This document shows, piece by piece, positions 22,073-34,240 of a stretch of DNA of 64,000 nt. The position numbers and the translations under genes are program-made. Origin of the DNA: Selaginella moellendorffii (Eukaryota; Plantae; Lycopodiophyta); NCBI RefSeq assembly GCF_000143415.4, contig NW_003314269.1, positions 644,401 through 708,400 of the forward strand. The letters run 5' to 3'. How positions within the stretch are numbered: position 1 is the stretch's first letter; each line of letters begins with the position of its first letter. The notes under the pieces are model-generated. The model saw only the letters and a list, made by a program, of their open reading frames with translations. It did not search any database and was not told where the DNA came from.

Positions 22073-25000
22073 CTGTCTGTGGGTGATAGGCTGTGCTGAA
22101 TTTCAACTTGGTGCGATACTGTTCCAGGAGAGTCCTCCAGAACCTACTAGTGAGGATCTTATCTCGATCTAAGATGATCTCTTTCGGCCTTCCCCGCAGT
22201 TGAACCACTTGTTCAAAGAACAGCTTCGCCACACCTTCCGCATCCACTTCCGTTGTGGTGGGTATGAAATGTGCCATTTTCGAAAATCAGTCCACCACCA
22301 CGAATATCGCATCAAACCCCTTGCTTGGGGGAAGTCCCGTGATGAAGTCCATCGTAAGACATTTCCACGGACGATCTGGAATTGGGATGCTTTGCAACAA
22401 GCCCCCACTAGCCTTAGTCACGGCTTTGACCTGCTGACATGTTGGACATGTCTTTACATAGTCTTGGACGTCCTTAGCCATATCTGGCCAATGGTACTTC
22501 CTCTTGAGTAAGCCCATCGTCTTGGGCACTCTGCCGTGTCCCGCAAGAAGTCCGTCATGACACTCTTCTAAGGCTACCTTCCTTAGTTCCCCTTCTGGAA
22601 CATACACCCTCGTTTGCTTGTAATAGATGAGTCCGTTGCGTTCTGCATAGCCCGTTTTCTCTTCCGTTGGCAGCTCACCTCTTTGGTGAGCTTCCCGTGC
22701 CTCTAGATTCCTCAGCAACACTTCTTGTGCTAGACCATCGTTCTCATATGCTGTCTGCACATCATCCCAGAAGGTTGCTGTTGCGCTGGATATCGCTAAC
22801 CTCAAGCTCACTTTTCGACTTAGCGCATCTGCCACAATGTTGCTCTTCCCAGGCTTGTACAGAATCTCGCAATCAAACTCGGCCAAGGCATTGGCCCACC
22901 GACCTTGTTTCCCTCTCAGGTCGGGCTGTGACAAGAAGTGTTTCGTTGCCACATTGTCCGTGTAAACCTTGAAGTGTCTCCCAAGGTAGTGTCGCCACTC
23001 CTTGAGTGCCTTGACCACTGCAAACAATTCCTTCTTGTGGGCAGGCCACTTCCGTTGAGCCTTGTCCAACTTCTTCGAGAAGAACACTACTGGATGGTTG
23101 TCTTGCTTCAAAACTGTGCCCAACGCAAAGTCTGAAGCATCCGTTTCTACCTCAAAGTCCTTACCAAAGTTTGGTAATGCCAACACGGGAGCCTTCCTCA
23201 ACTTCCCTTTGAGGTGGACGAATGCCGCCTCGCATTTCGCTGTCCATACCATCTTCCCTTTTCCTGTTTGGTCCGTTAAGGGCAGGGCTACTCTCGAATA
23301 GTGTCTGATAAACTTTTGGTAGTAGTTGCATAGCCCCAAGAACGCCCTCAACTCATGTACATTCGATGGTCGCTCCCATTCCTGGATCGCTTGGACCTTC
23401 TCCGGGTCCACCTTGAGCCCGTCCTGGCCCACCACATGCTCGAGAAACTTTACCTCTTGTTGAGCAAAGTCACATTTGCTCTCTTTAGCATACAGTTTGT
23501 GTTCCCTTAGTTTCTCAAACACCTTCACCAAGTGTTCGACATGCTTCTCTAGCGTCTCGCTATAGATCAGGATGTCGTTGATATAGACGACCACGAAGTG
23601 ATCCAGATAGGGAACAAAGATGTGGTTCATCAACGCCGAAAACGTTGCTGGCGCATTGCACAGCCCAAAGGGCATCACCAGAAACTCAAAGCTCCCATAC
23701 CTCGTTCGACAGGTTGTCTTTTCGACATCTTCCTCAGCTACCCTGATCTTGTAGTATCTTGAGCTTAAGTCAATCCTCGAGAAGTATTTTGCCTTTCCCA
23801 ACCTATCGAACAGGTCCTCAATCCTTGGCAAAGGATACTTGTTCTTCTTGGTATACTTGTTGAGCAACCGATAGTCTATGCACATGCGCATAGATCCATC
23901 TTTCTTTTTCACAAATAGTACCGGCACCCCATACGGTGACTTGCTCAACCTAACATACCCTTTGTCCACCAACTCCTCTAATTGGCGCTTGAGCTCCGCG
24001 AGTTCTTTTTCGTTCAATCGATAGGGTGGACAAACCACCGCCTCAGCACCCTCGACCAGCTTAATCTTATGTTCTATCGGTCGTGCGGGGGGCAACCCCG
24101 CCGGTAGCTCCTCCGGCATGGTATCCTGGAATTGGTCCAACACCCGCTGGATCACTAAAGGTACTTCTTCTGTTCCAATCTTTTTATCACTTCTCATCGA
24201 GAGTAAGCACAAAAATGCAGCCTTGGTCCCTTTAGTGAGTTGTCCTCTTGTGGACACCAGGTTCAGGCACGAATCTTTGGCCTTGCATTGCCTTACCTTT
24301 AGATCCTGGGCCTCCACCCTGGATCTTCTTCCTTGGGCATTCGCCAATACCACAAGGTTCCTACTTTGTCCATGTAGGGCTACCACGAACCGATTGAACT
24401 AGTCCATCCCAAAGATCACGTCAAATCCCGCCATGTCCAACACGGTGAAGTCCATGTTTACTTTCCAAGTCCCTACTTCGACTCTCGCTTGTCAAAGTAC
24501 CTCATCGGTGCTTTGGCTACCTTGAACAAACTCTATAGTCTTTGGTTCGCCTAGCCGCTGCATCGTTAATCTGGCTTGCCGGACTATGTCTGCAGCCACA
24601 AAATTATCCGAAGCACCCGTGTCAATAAGGATCTTAACAAAGCTACCTCCGAGCTTCCCTCAGAGGGCTAGTAGATATAACGAACGACTCTCTACCAAAG
24701 TTGCTCGTGTAATGAGTAACTTTGAGTTAGGGACTGGATCACATACCTCAATTTGGATTTCACCTGACTTGATGGCCATATTGGCTCTGGCCTTCTTCAG
24801 GTAGGGACATTCCCTCGAAAAGTGTCCCCCTTCACCGCAGTTGTAACATACATTGTTTCCCACGCTGCTATATGACTTGACCTTCTTATCCGTGGGTTTG
24901 TCTTTTTTCGCTTGACTCCCCCACGTACTCGCTCGCTGGCCACCGGATTTGCCTTTCCGGAACCCCGAGGACTCATTCTTAGAGAAACTCTTCTTGAATT

Positions 25001-28000
25001 TCCCTCTGCTATACGTTCCTCTTGGTTTGGCCCCTTTGCTAAACGTGGATCCCAACCCTGTCGTGTTCCCCTTTCTTAGGTTATCGTTGAAATGCACCTT
25101 GATGGCCGCATCTAACGCTTCCTTGTAGTTGGTCGGGTTCCAGCGCATCACCTCACCGCGAGCCCAGGTTTGCAAACCTGATATGAAGGCATGGAACGCA
25201 TCCATATCCCCCATGTCCGTGACAAGTATCCTCTTTGCCATGAACCCATTCACATATTCCTAAATGGTTCCAGTCTGCTTCAGCCTACTCAGCTCATCTC
25301 TCAGATGCAGAGTGGCATTCGGAGGAACGTATGTTGCACGGATCCTCACCTTCATCATGTCCCAAGTGGCCACTGGTCCTTCGTTGGCCTCCGTCATTCT
25401 CCACCAAGACTTGGCATTATCTGCCAAGTATGGTTTTGCACATGGGACCTTCTCCAAGCTCGGTAATCGTAACGCTTGGAAGTAGTCCTCCATATCGTAA
25501 AACCAATCCTCCACCACCTTATAGTCATTCACTCCCTTGAAGACCGGTGGGGGCTTTGGTTTGTACTTGGGAACTGCCTGAGGGACTGATTCTACTTCGG
25601 TCTGTTCGACCTTGTTTGGTTCTGCCTCAGTCCCTGCCGAAGGGTCTGCACCTTCTGCACTGCCAGCATCCGCAGTCTTTCTCTTTTTCTTCCGCTTCTC
25701 GTCATGCTTTAGCTTGCGTACGAGAGTCTCTAGCAGGGCATTGGTCTGTGTCAACTGTCCTTCTAGCACGTCCAATCGAGCCTTGGACGACCAAACCTCG
25801 CCACCAGACTCCTGTTTGGAAGTTTCCTCACTAGAGTCCTCCTCATGCAAGGATTCCTCATTCATAGCCTCTTGTTCGACCGGAGGCTCCAGCTCCGGTG
25901 GAGGTTTCGTCTCTGCCTGGGTTTGCTTACGCCCTGCCTTTGCCATCTCCCAGCAATCCGCCTCTATCCTTCGCTAGAACTGAGGAAAATGCTCCGATAC
26001 CAAATTGTAAGCCACAAATTTTTCCTTTCCAATTTGCCAACTTATTTCGTCTATCCGTCCGACACTGCCTTGGCTTTTCCTAAGTTCCCTCGCCAAGGTT
26101 CTTGCCTATGGTACCAACTCCTACTTGGTCCTATTTGGTTTCAGCTACTCACTACACAAGCAACAGAGCGTTAGCCATCCATCCACGATTCCCAATCTCT
26201 CCCAATCCCCCTCCCCGGGTTAGACTAGACTTAAGGTTCAGCTACACTCCCCGTAAGCACAAGCAGCGAAGCACACCAAGCTTCCAGATTCCTAACATCC
26301 CTTGGTACCACAAGACTTGATCATGGGACCCTCTAAATCCCAAGTCTTGAGTGCAACACTTGCTTCGGGACGCCGGGGCGAAACACCGTGGCCTAGCGGC
26401 CCAGTATGGGTACCTCTACCCCCCCACTTCCATCCCGAAGGAAGGCCCAAGCCCCTAGGAAGGGCGAGGGCCAATGAGCCGCATGGTACTCAAGTGGGGC
26501 ACCACTCCACATGAGCCGGGAGCACCGCAATCGGTTTCCCTTTTGGGAGTGGGAGCTGCTCTTGAGCACTTCCTTGAATGGCCCCTCCGGCACCAACCAA
26601 ATCCATACTCACTCCCACCCAAGGCCCCTCGGACCTCAAGTCGGTTTGGAAGCCCCACTGGAGAGTCCCTTCAAAACTGGTTCCTAGACCTCACTATCCC
26701 TACTATACTTTTGGAACCCCCTGCAGCCCTCCCCCCGCCCCTGGGAGACGCACGCTTTGGGCTTTCACCCTTTGACCCGTATTAGTATTTGGACTTAGTA
26801 TCTGGCTCAATCTCGGACTCGATTTCGGATCCGACTTCGGATTCGGTCTCGGACTCGATCTCGGACTCGATCTCGGACTCGATCTCGGACCCGATTTCGG
26901 ACCCGACCTCGGACTCGACCTCGGACTTGGTCTCGGACCCGATTTCGGATCTCGGACTTTGTCTCGAACTCGGTCTCGAACTCGGTCCTTGAGTCGGCCT
27001 CGGACTCGATTCCGGACTCTATCTCAAACTCGGTCTCCGAGTCGGTCTTGGACTCGATCTTCGACTTGGTCCCATCCAATAAACTCTTTGTCATTTTGGT
27101 CATGCTTTCGAGGTTCCTTTAGCCTACGACACCTCGGCGAGTTGGTTCCTTACACATTCGGATTGGGATGGTTATTTGCCGTCTCATCGGTATGCTTATG
27201 TCACAGGGGTGCAGAGTTCTATTGGTGCTTCACCATATAAACTTCTATATGGTTATGATCCAATATTACCAACGGAGCTGGGTTTACCTTTGCGATTGCC
27301 ACAAGCTCCTGATGCTAGGTCATGGGATCAATATTTAACGAGCATTCTTCCACTTGTCCGAGCAAAGTCTACTGAACACTTAGGCTGCGTACAAATGGGA
27401 CAACAATGGCGCTACAACTCCCATCATCGTCCACCTGCAGAGTACAAAGTGGATGATTTGGTGTTAGTCCGTTTTCCCTATCTTAATGGAAAGGACCATA
27501 TTGGGTGTTGCGGCAAGTTGGACCGCAAGTTTATGAGGTTCGGCATGACATCCAGTAGGCCGATCCTTCAGAGATTGTGCATGTGCAGCGGTTGAAACAC
27601 TTCATACAAAGGGATCAGGAGCAGTTAATGCCGTCTATAGATCCACTGATGCCTCCTCCTGACATTCCTCTAGATCTCAGCCCATCTGCAAGAGAACCCT
27701 GATAGCCTTCCATTATTCCGAGAGGAGGGGATGATGTGAGGGCTAAGTGTACGGCTACGATGCCTTATATTAATATTAGTGTAGTGGGATTTTGGTGGCC
27801 GTCGGATTGGTTTCAATCTGGACCACTCGCTCTTATATATAAGCTAGGGTTTTTGGGATAATTGATATGCACATTTCTATATTCCCTTTCCATATTCCAG
27901 GCACTCACAAAGGAAATATTTAACATCATATATAAAAATTACGTGTTACTATTTAAAACTAGTGATAATTTTGGCATAATTCATAATGGTGTTGTCTAAA

Positions 28001-28242
28001 GACCCAAATGTCTTAAATTAAATATTTTTTCACCTAAAAAAATTTCTTAATTGTAAAATTTACTTACTCCATCTATATATTATTTTACCTCCTCTCAATG
28101 AATTTTATTGATAGGATAATAAGACTCAGTTGTATAATAAATTTATAGCATTAATAAGGTATGTGGTTGGAAGTTTAATATAGAAGGATTTTCACTAAGA
28201 AAAAGTATAAAAACTTTACTTGTAAGTTAAAACAAAAGAGCT

Positions 28243-29842
28243 TTAAATTCTTGATGATATAGTAAGCTCAAGAGGAACTGCTCTAGGTAGTGTCAAACCA
28301 GATCCTTCACTCATATCAAGTTCCTTGCCGCTAGGGTTCTTCCACTCAAAGCCATGCACAAGGTTGGCCAGGACGAAATGCACCACTCGCAAACCAAGCT
28401 GGATTCCGGGGCACCCTCTTCTTCCAGATCCAAAAGGGAGCATCTCAAAGTCGCGCACGCCAACAATGTCGATGTTTCTCTCCACAAACCGCTCCGGCTT
28501 GAACTTGAGAGGCTCCTCCCAGCAGCGCTCATCCCTGGCGATCTCATAGTTATTGATGAAGACCCGTGTTCCCTCCGGAACAAAGTAGTCCATCATCTGG
28601 CATGGCTGTGCGGCCTGGAAGATGAGTATCGCACCAGGCGGATGGAGACGAAGGGTTTCTTTCACCACTGCGCCCAGATAGACGAGTTTGTCGAGGTGGG
28701 CTTCTTCTACCTTGAGTGACGATGGCCCGACCACGCTGTGTAGCTCTTCCAGGAGCCTGGACATGATTCTGGGATTGTTGATGAGCTCCGCCATCGCCCA
28801 CTCGATCGTCACTGCGCTAGTGTCTGTTCCAGCACCGATCATGGCCTGCGAATAGAGATCATAACAATAGTTTCCAATGCTAATTTAACAAGATCAGGAA
28901 CTCACCAGGACGATTGCCTTCATGAAGGAATCCGACTTGGAAAAGAGCTCGTTTCGCAGCATTATGCTGATGAAATCGTCGCCAATATCCGCGCCTTTCC
29001 TGCGCTGCTCGTCGACCAGCCGCTGCATGTACTCGTCAACTTGCTTGTACAAGCGCTTGGCATGGGCCGCTTTTCTCAAGTCGAGCCACTGCAGCCATGG
29101 CATGGTGTCTCCCACGTAAAAGTCTCCCGCCGCGACGAACACCTCCTTTAGCAAGTGCTTAAACCGCAGAGCTTCCTCGTTCCTCCGGTGGCCATTCCCC
29201 ACAACTTTTCGCAAGATCATGCCGTAAGTAACATCCGAGATCACCTGCGTGAGGTTAACAGTGCGCGGCATTGGACCCCTCGAGGCCTTCACAAGCTTTG
29301 CCACGGCCAGAGCCATCTCCTCGGCTCTCGCGGCTTGCGAGAGCTCGATTTGCCTCAACGTCAGTAGCTCCAGAGTGCAAAGCTTCCTCACGTTTCGCCA
29401 GTACTCGCCGTAGGGCGTCCATAGAATTCCATCGGCACCGAAAATCTTGCCTGGATAGATAGAACGAGCGTCGAGGGTCACAGTCTACAGACTCAATTAT
29501 CACTGGACACTGACCTGGTGTTAGGAAAGGCCTGGAAGAATAAGTGGAGTCGCGGACTCGGATGGCCTCTCTGGCGGCTTGGGCAGAGGAGATGACCAAG
29601 TGAGGAGAGCTCCCAAACTTGAGGAACACACAGGGGCCGTGCTCTCGAGCGATTTCCCCGAAGGCACGGTGGAGATGCTTGCCAAGAACCAGATGCAAGT
29701 GCCCGATTAGCGGGAGTGCTCTTGGCGATGGCGGCAGCGAGCATCCAGCTCCTCCAGATGGTGGGCGAAGAATCCATGATTTCACGAGGAGAGCCACGGA
29801 GAGCCCGAAGAGCACTGCAAGCGGAGCGATCCACGTCTCCAT
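28243..29842 (-). CDS. Cytochrome P450, CYP71 clan (A-type), copy 1; exons 29842-29515, 29450-28906, 28845-28243
   Basis: TM anchor, LPPSPRALPLIGHLH, PYGEYWRNVRK, AGTDTS, KETLRLHPP, FKPERF and heme motif PFGSGRRGCPG; two GT-AG introns. Confidence 0.95.
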
Positions 29843-30275
29843 AGCTCTCGCAAATTAGCAAACTCTATTAATTGACTTTGAAGTCACCTGGAGTCGGTCG
29901 AGTTTTTCTCATTTTGTTTCTTTTTTTCTTTTTTCTTGACCAGTAAAAGGAAAAAGTTCTAGAATGAGAGCGTTTCTTTCTGAGAAAGGTCATTTAAACC
30001 CGAATCCATTGGCGTTTATAAAAATTACATAAAATCTTTCTTGCGAGAGTTTTAGCTAGCGCTGGCGATGGAGCTCTAACAATCTCTCATGCATGGAAGA
30101 GAGAGAGAGAGAGAGATTAATCTTCTAAAAATTTAGTGCTAGCGATGGAAGGAGAGAACCAATCTAGCTCTCAAAAAAAATTATGCGAACTTTGCATAGA
30201 GAGAGAGAGTTTACCGAGTTTCTCTACCTAGGGCTTTTGCTCCTAGATCGGTCGATCAATCCATTGATCGACCCA

Positions 30276-31590
30276 ATGGCGTCGGCGTCGTGGGCGCTGC
30301 GGCTGCGCGAGCTGAGTGAAAGGTATGGCAAGGTCGCGGTGGGCGTGCATTTCTCCGTGTCCGCCATCTCCACCGGGACCATCTACCTGGCCATCAAGAA
30401 CAACGTCGATGTGGTAGCGCTCCTGGAGAAAGTGGGGCTCGTCTCCAAGAAAGCCCCCGAGGACAAACCCAGCGGCGACGCCGGAGTGGAGCAAGTCTGG
30501 AGCGAATCCGAGGAGAGCAGCGGCAGTCCCGACATGGCCCAGAAGATCGATGATCCCAGCGACGCCGACGCCGACCCTTCTGCTCCTCCGTCCAAGGAGA
30601 AGAAGCGATCGGATGGGGCCATGGGAGCTCTGGGCCTGGCTCTTCTCTGCAACAAGGCTCTCTTTCCAGTCCGTGTTCCAATCACTGTCATGCTCACGCC
30701 GCCAGTTCCTCGCCTCCTCACCCGGACTGTGATCCATGCCATCCTGCTTCCACGAATCGAGAGCTCCATTTTTTTTTTGGCTTTGCTCTCTTTTGTTCGA
30801 GCCCAATCCGACGATGGATTCGTGAGCCACGTCAGGTCGCTGCCGGACGACCTCTACGACTGCCAAGCGGCGCCGTCGCGGGGCCGCGATGCCGCCTCCG
30901 CCCGCGCGGCCGTCATTGACGAGGTGTTTGACGGCACGTCGCCCTTCACGGCCTTCCCGCCCCCCCACATTGCCCGCCTCCTCAAGCCCCACAAGATCAA
31001 AGGCTGGGGCTCAGATCACCCCGTGTTTGCGCGCCTCGTCCAGGAAATCCGCCCCAAAATCGTGGTGGAGCTCGGATCCTTCCTGAGTGCGTCAGCAATC
31101 CACCTCGCCAAGCTCATCCGCGAGCAGCAGCAAGGTGGCAGTGATTTCGTGATCTTCTGCCTGGATGATTTCCAGGGCTGGCCAGGGTTTCGCAAAGTCT
31201 TCACGGACATCTAGCAGGAGCACGGCAATGTGATGCTCTTCAACCAGTTCTTGCAAAATGTGGCCTTCAACATTGTGCTGATGACATTCTCCACTAACAC
31301 GGGGCTCTACAAGCTGTGCAAGCTGGGGATCTTTGCGGATCTGATCGAGGTGGACGCTGGGCACGATTTCCACATGGCATGGACGGACATCAATCTTGCG
31401 TGGTTGCTCATGCGGCCCAACGGCAAATCCATCATGTTTGGGCAAGATTACTTCAATGGAGCCGACTACCATGGCGTGCACAGGGCGGTAGATCTCTTTG
31501 CGCGTCTCAAGGGGCTGCAAGTCAGATGGGCAGCACTGGAAAGAAGCCCAAACCCGGGAAGAAGAAGAACAGGGGAAAGCACCCCTTTGA
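30276..31590 (+). pseudogene. Chimeric DUF1279::methyltransferase gene at the duplication junction; open to a stop at 31214, then degraded methyltransferase 3' end
   Basis: 30276-~30725 matches the gene at 51038; ~30800 onward matches the methyltransferase from ~8136; premature TAG at 31212 and deletions further 3'. Confidence 0.85.
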
Positions 31591-32798
31591 AATGTAGGAA
31601 TATGCTTGCTTGAGATTAAAATAAATTATATCTTATAAACCTGGGTGGCGCAGGAGGCTTGAGTTTTTCGACACCCACCGATCTACCAGACGAAGGTGAT
31701 TGCCGCTCGGGTGGGTTTGGGGGGAGGTTCTTCGATGATCCGCTGGGAGCCTACAAAAACTTATACTATACTATCTTATACTTATACTTATCTTATATAA
31801 GTATTTATTTTATATAACTTTGATTACATTCTTGGTAAGCTCAAAGCTTCTTAATTTCTCTCTTTCAAAAAAATTGAGAATATATTTTTTTAAAGGAAAT
31901 AAAATGCTATATAATTGATATTTTTTTTCAAAATGTTAGGAGTTTGTTATCAAAAGAAGATGAGATGAAAAAACTACTAATGAAATTCTAAAACAATGGA
32001 AAAGAAAATAAAAATTTACGCCTGACACTCTAAATACAAACTTCTTAACCCTTACTTTTATAGAAGTTCTCAAATACTTCTACTTTTATAGGGCTCTCAA
32101 ATTAAACTCCTACTTTTATAGGGGTTCTCAAAACTAATTAATCTCAGCTGATCTTGGATATGGTCCATGCTAATTTTAAATGCTGTATTGCAAGTGGTTT
32201 ATGGTTTTGATTCTTGCCATGGCTAATATACTCTTCAGTAAATATGGAGAAATGACAAATTCATTGACCAATTGACATGGTATAGGCCCTGGCTTAAGTG
32301 GATATTGCCAATGGAAATTCACAATCAACTTAAAAGTGTAATCATAATGAAAATTAAACTCTTAAGTATGATTGCTAAGACAATCTATCAAATAATAAAA
32401 TATGCTTAATTATATATATTTAATGGTGAGATGTTGTTGCATGCCACCAACAGCAAGGCTTTTTGGTGTTCGCAATACATTGGAACTGGTTAAACAATAC
32501 TTTTCATAACCCCTTATATATAAGTATTTTGAAAATTTTGTCCATACTTACAATATATGTTAGTAAATTAAGATGCCATAACATGGTATTTTCCAACCCC
32601 TTCCTCTTGCTCTAATACCTTGAAAAATTATCTTTATAAATTTCTTTACTAATCTTCCTTCTTTTCAAGGATTTTTTGTGATATCAATACTTTAAGTTAA
32701 GGATGGCAACTTGTAATGCACTTTATCTCTCTCCCCTTAATCTAAGAGATGTTAAGGGAACCAACACCTTCATTTTCACATTGAATATACCAATCCTT

Positions 32799-32978
32799 CC
32801 ATTGTGTACATTAATTACCTTCATTTATAAATGCTCCATTATGTACACTAGCTACTTTCCTTCCATTGTGTACACTAGTTACCTTCGTCTGTGGATGCTC
32901 CATTGTGTACATTAGCTACCTTCGTCCGTGGATGCTCCATTGTATACACTAGCTACCTTCGTCTGTGGATGCTCCACC
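32799..32978. repeat. 37-bp minisatellite, about 5 units
   Basis: Unit CCATTGTGTACACTAGCTACCTTCGTCTGTGGATGCT starting at 32799, 32836, 32863, 32900 and 32937 (one unit shortened). Confidence 0.85.
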
Positions 32979-33779
32979 AAGAGGAAAGACATATGTATGG
33001 ATGCCTAATATATATACCACATGTAGCGCACTCTATTTCTCTCCCTTTAAGCCAATTGAAAGAAGGGCAATTTTTTTATGAGAAAGCCCTTAGTGGCTAT
33101 TTTATCCCCATTTATCCCCTAAAGTTCCAAGGATCCACAGTGATAATATATCCAAATTTTATCCCATAATCACATACACTACATAACCATATCAAACTCC
33201 TACTCACCCACAATAACCTTTAAAGGAGGTGGTGAAAATTAAAGGAGATCAAAAGAAATTTAAGCAACATAAGACCACATAAAATATATATCATTTATGG
33301 TGAGTTGTGTCAAATGAAGAGTGGTTTTGGATCAAATACTAATAAAAATTTGCAAAGTTAAGAAAACATTGGATATAATGAATAAAAATTAAGCATTGCC
33401 ACATATAAATAGTGGTAACTTGGCAAAACCTATAATGATGTCGTATAAGGAAACAATATAACCAGAAACCTCCACCTCTTAATCAAAATAACATTTTTGC
33501 AACTTTCTAAAAATTCTATGTTATTAAAGGGACTAAAAAACAAGTCTTACTATTCTTAAGTCTTAAAGAAGATAATAGTATCATTAAATACATGACAAAA
33601 AATAAAAAAATCACAGAAACATCATTTGCCATATGTTGGAAAATAATATGTGTATTAGTCAAACCAAAGTGTACTAACGTTATTTTTCACTCATTAATAT
33701 TGTGAATGCAAATAAAATTAAAGTTGCAATGCAAATCAATCTTAATCTCAATAGATAAAGTTAACATTATATGATTTTG

Positions 33780-34240
33780 TAAGCAACCAAAGGGAATAAT
33801 CTAAAAAGGAATCTATTAAGGTTCATATATAAAAAGAAAGGGCTTATAAATAAGAATGCATAAAAATAAGGGGTACAATCTTATTTATAAGCCCTTTCTT
33901 TTTCTATCATAAGAAAATAAAATACCAATATGAATATAAAAATAATATATAAATTCTCATAAGTATGGAATATAAGAATGACCTTATATAAATGTGTAAG
34001 CAACCAAAGGGAATAATCTATAAGACAATCTATTGAGGTTTATATATAAAAAAGAACAGGTTTATAAATAAAAATGACACCTCTTATTTTTATGCATCCT
34101 TATTTATAAGCCCTTTCTTTATATAAAAAAACATCATTCTTATATTCCATACTTATAAGGGGGGCTATGAAGCCCCCTTTATAGCATAAGAATTATTCTG
34201 TATAAGAATGAACTTTTAATCGATATTAGATTATCCAATA
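33780..34240. mobile_element. AT-rich foldback/MITE-like element with internal direct and inverted repeats
   Basis: AGAAAGGGCTTATAAATAAG / CTTATTTATAAGCCCTTTCT inverted pair; block from ~33780 repeated at ~33997; TAAGTATGGAATATAAGAATG inverted at ~34135; no counterpart seen in the paralogous intergenic region. Confidence 0.5.

Larger units (their letters stand above)
19689..27154 (-). mobile_element. Chromovirus (Galadriel-like) LTR retrotransposon family B, near full length, with introns in integrase
   Basis: 5' LTR 26006-27154; PBS TGGTATCGGAGC (tRNAi-Met) at 25991-26002; gag ATG 25946 with CCHC knuckle CYNCGEGGHFSREC; protease IDTGAS; RT/RH/INT ORF 24386-22287; chromodomain YKVEAIL..VKWKRFP..ATWEPEENL; PPT next to 20771; 3' LTR 19689-20770 truncated by ~45 bp; premature stops at 25260, 24660, 22287 and 21706. 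Confidence 0.92.
10095..27909 (+). mobile_element. Ty3/gypsy LTR retrotransposon family A, copy A1 (non-chromovirus), host of a nest of insertions
   Basis: 175-bp TG..CA LTRs at 10095-10269 and 27735-27909 (about 13 mismatches by hand count); 4-bp TSD AAGG; PBS TGGTGGAGATG at 10271; PPT GAGAGGAGGGGATGA; gag (10545-12357, 18612-18843), protease LVDTGSS, start of RT (to 19688), integrase 3' part (27155-27700). Confidence 0.92.

Noticed and set aside
7854-29842. Methyltransferase plus P450 as a biosynthetic gene cluster
   Set aside because: No scaffold-forming enzyme is present and the methyltransferase looks membrane-anchored; adjacency alone is insufficient
32799-32978. 37-bp repeats as a possible CRISPR array
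   Set aside because: The units are head-to-tail with no unique spacers, there are no cas genes, and the context is eukaryotic
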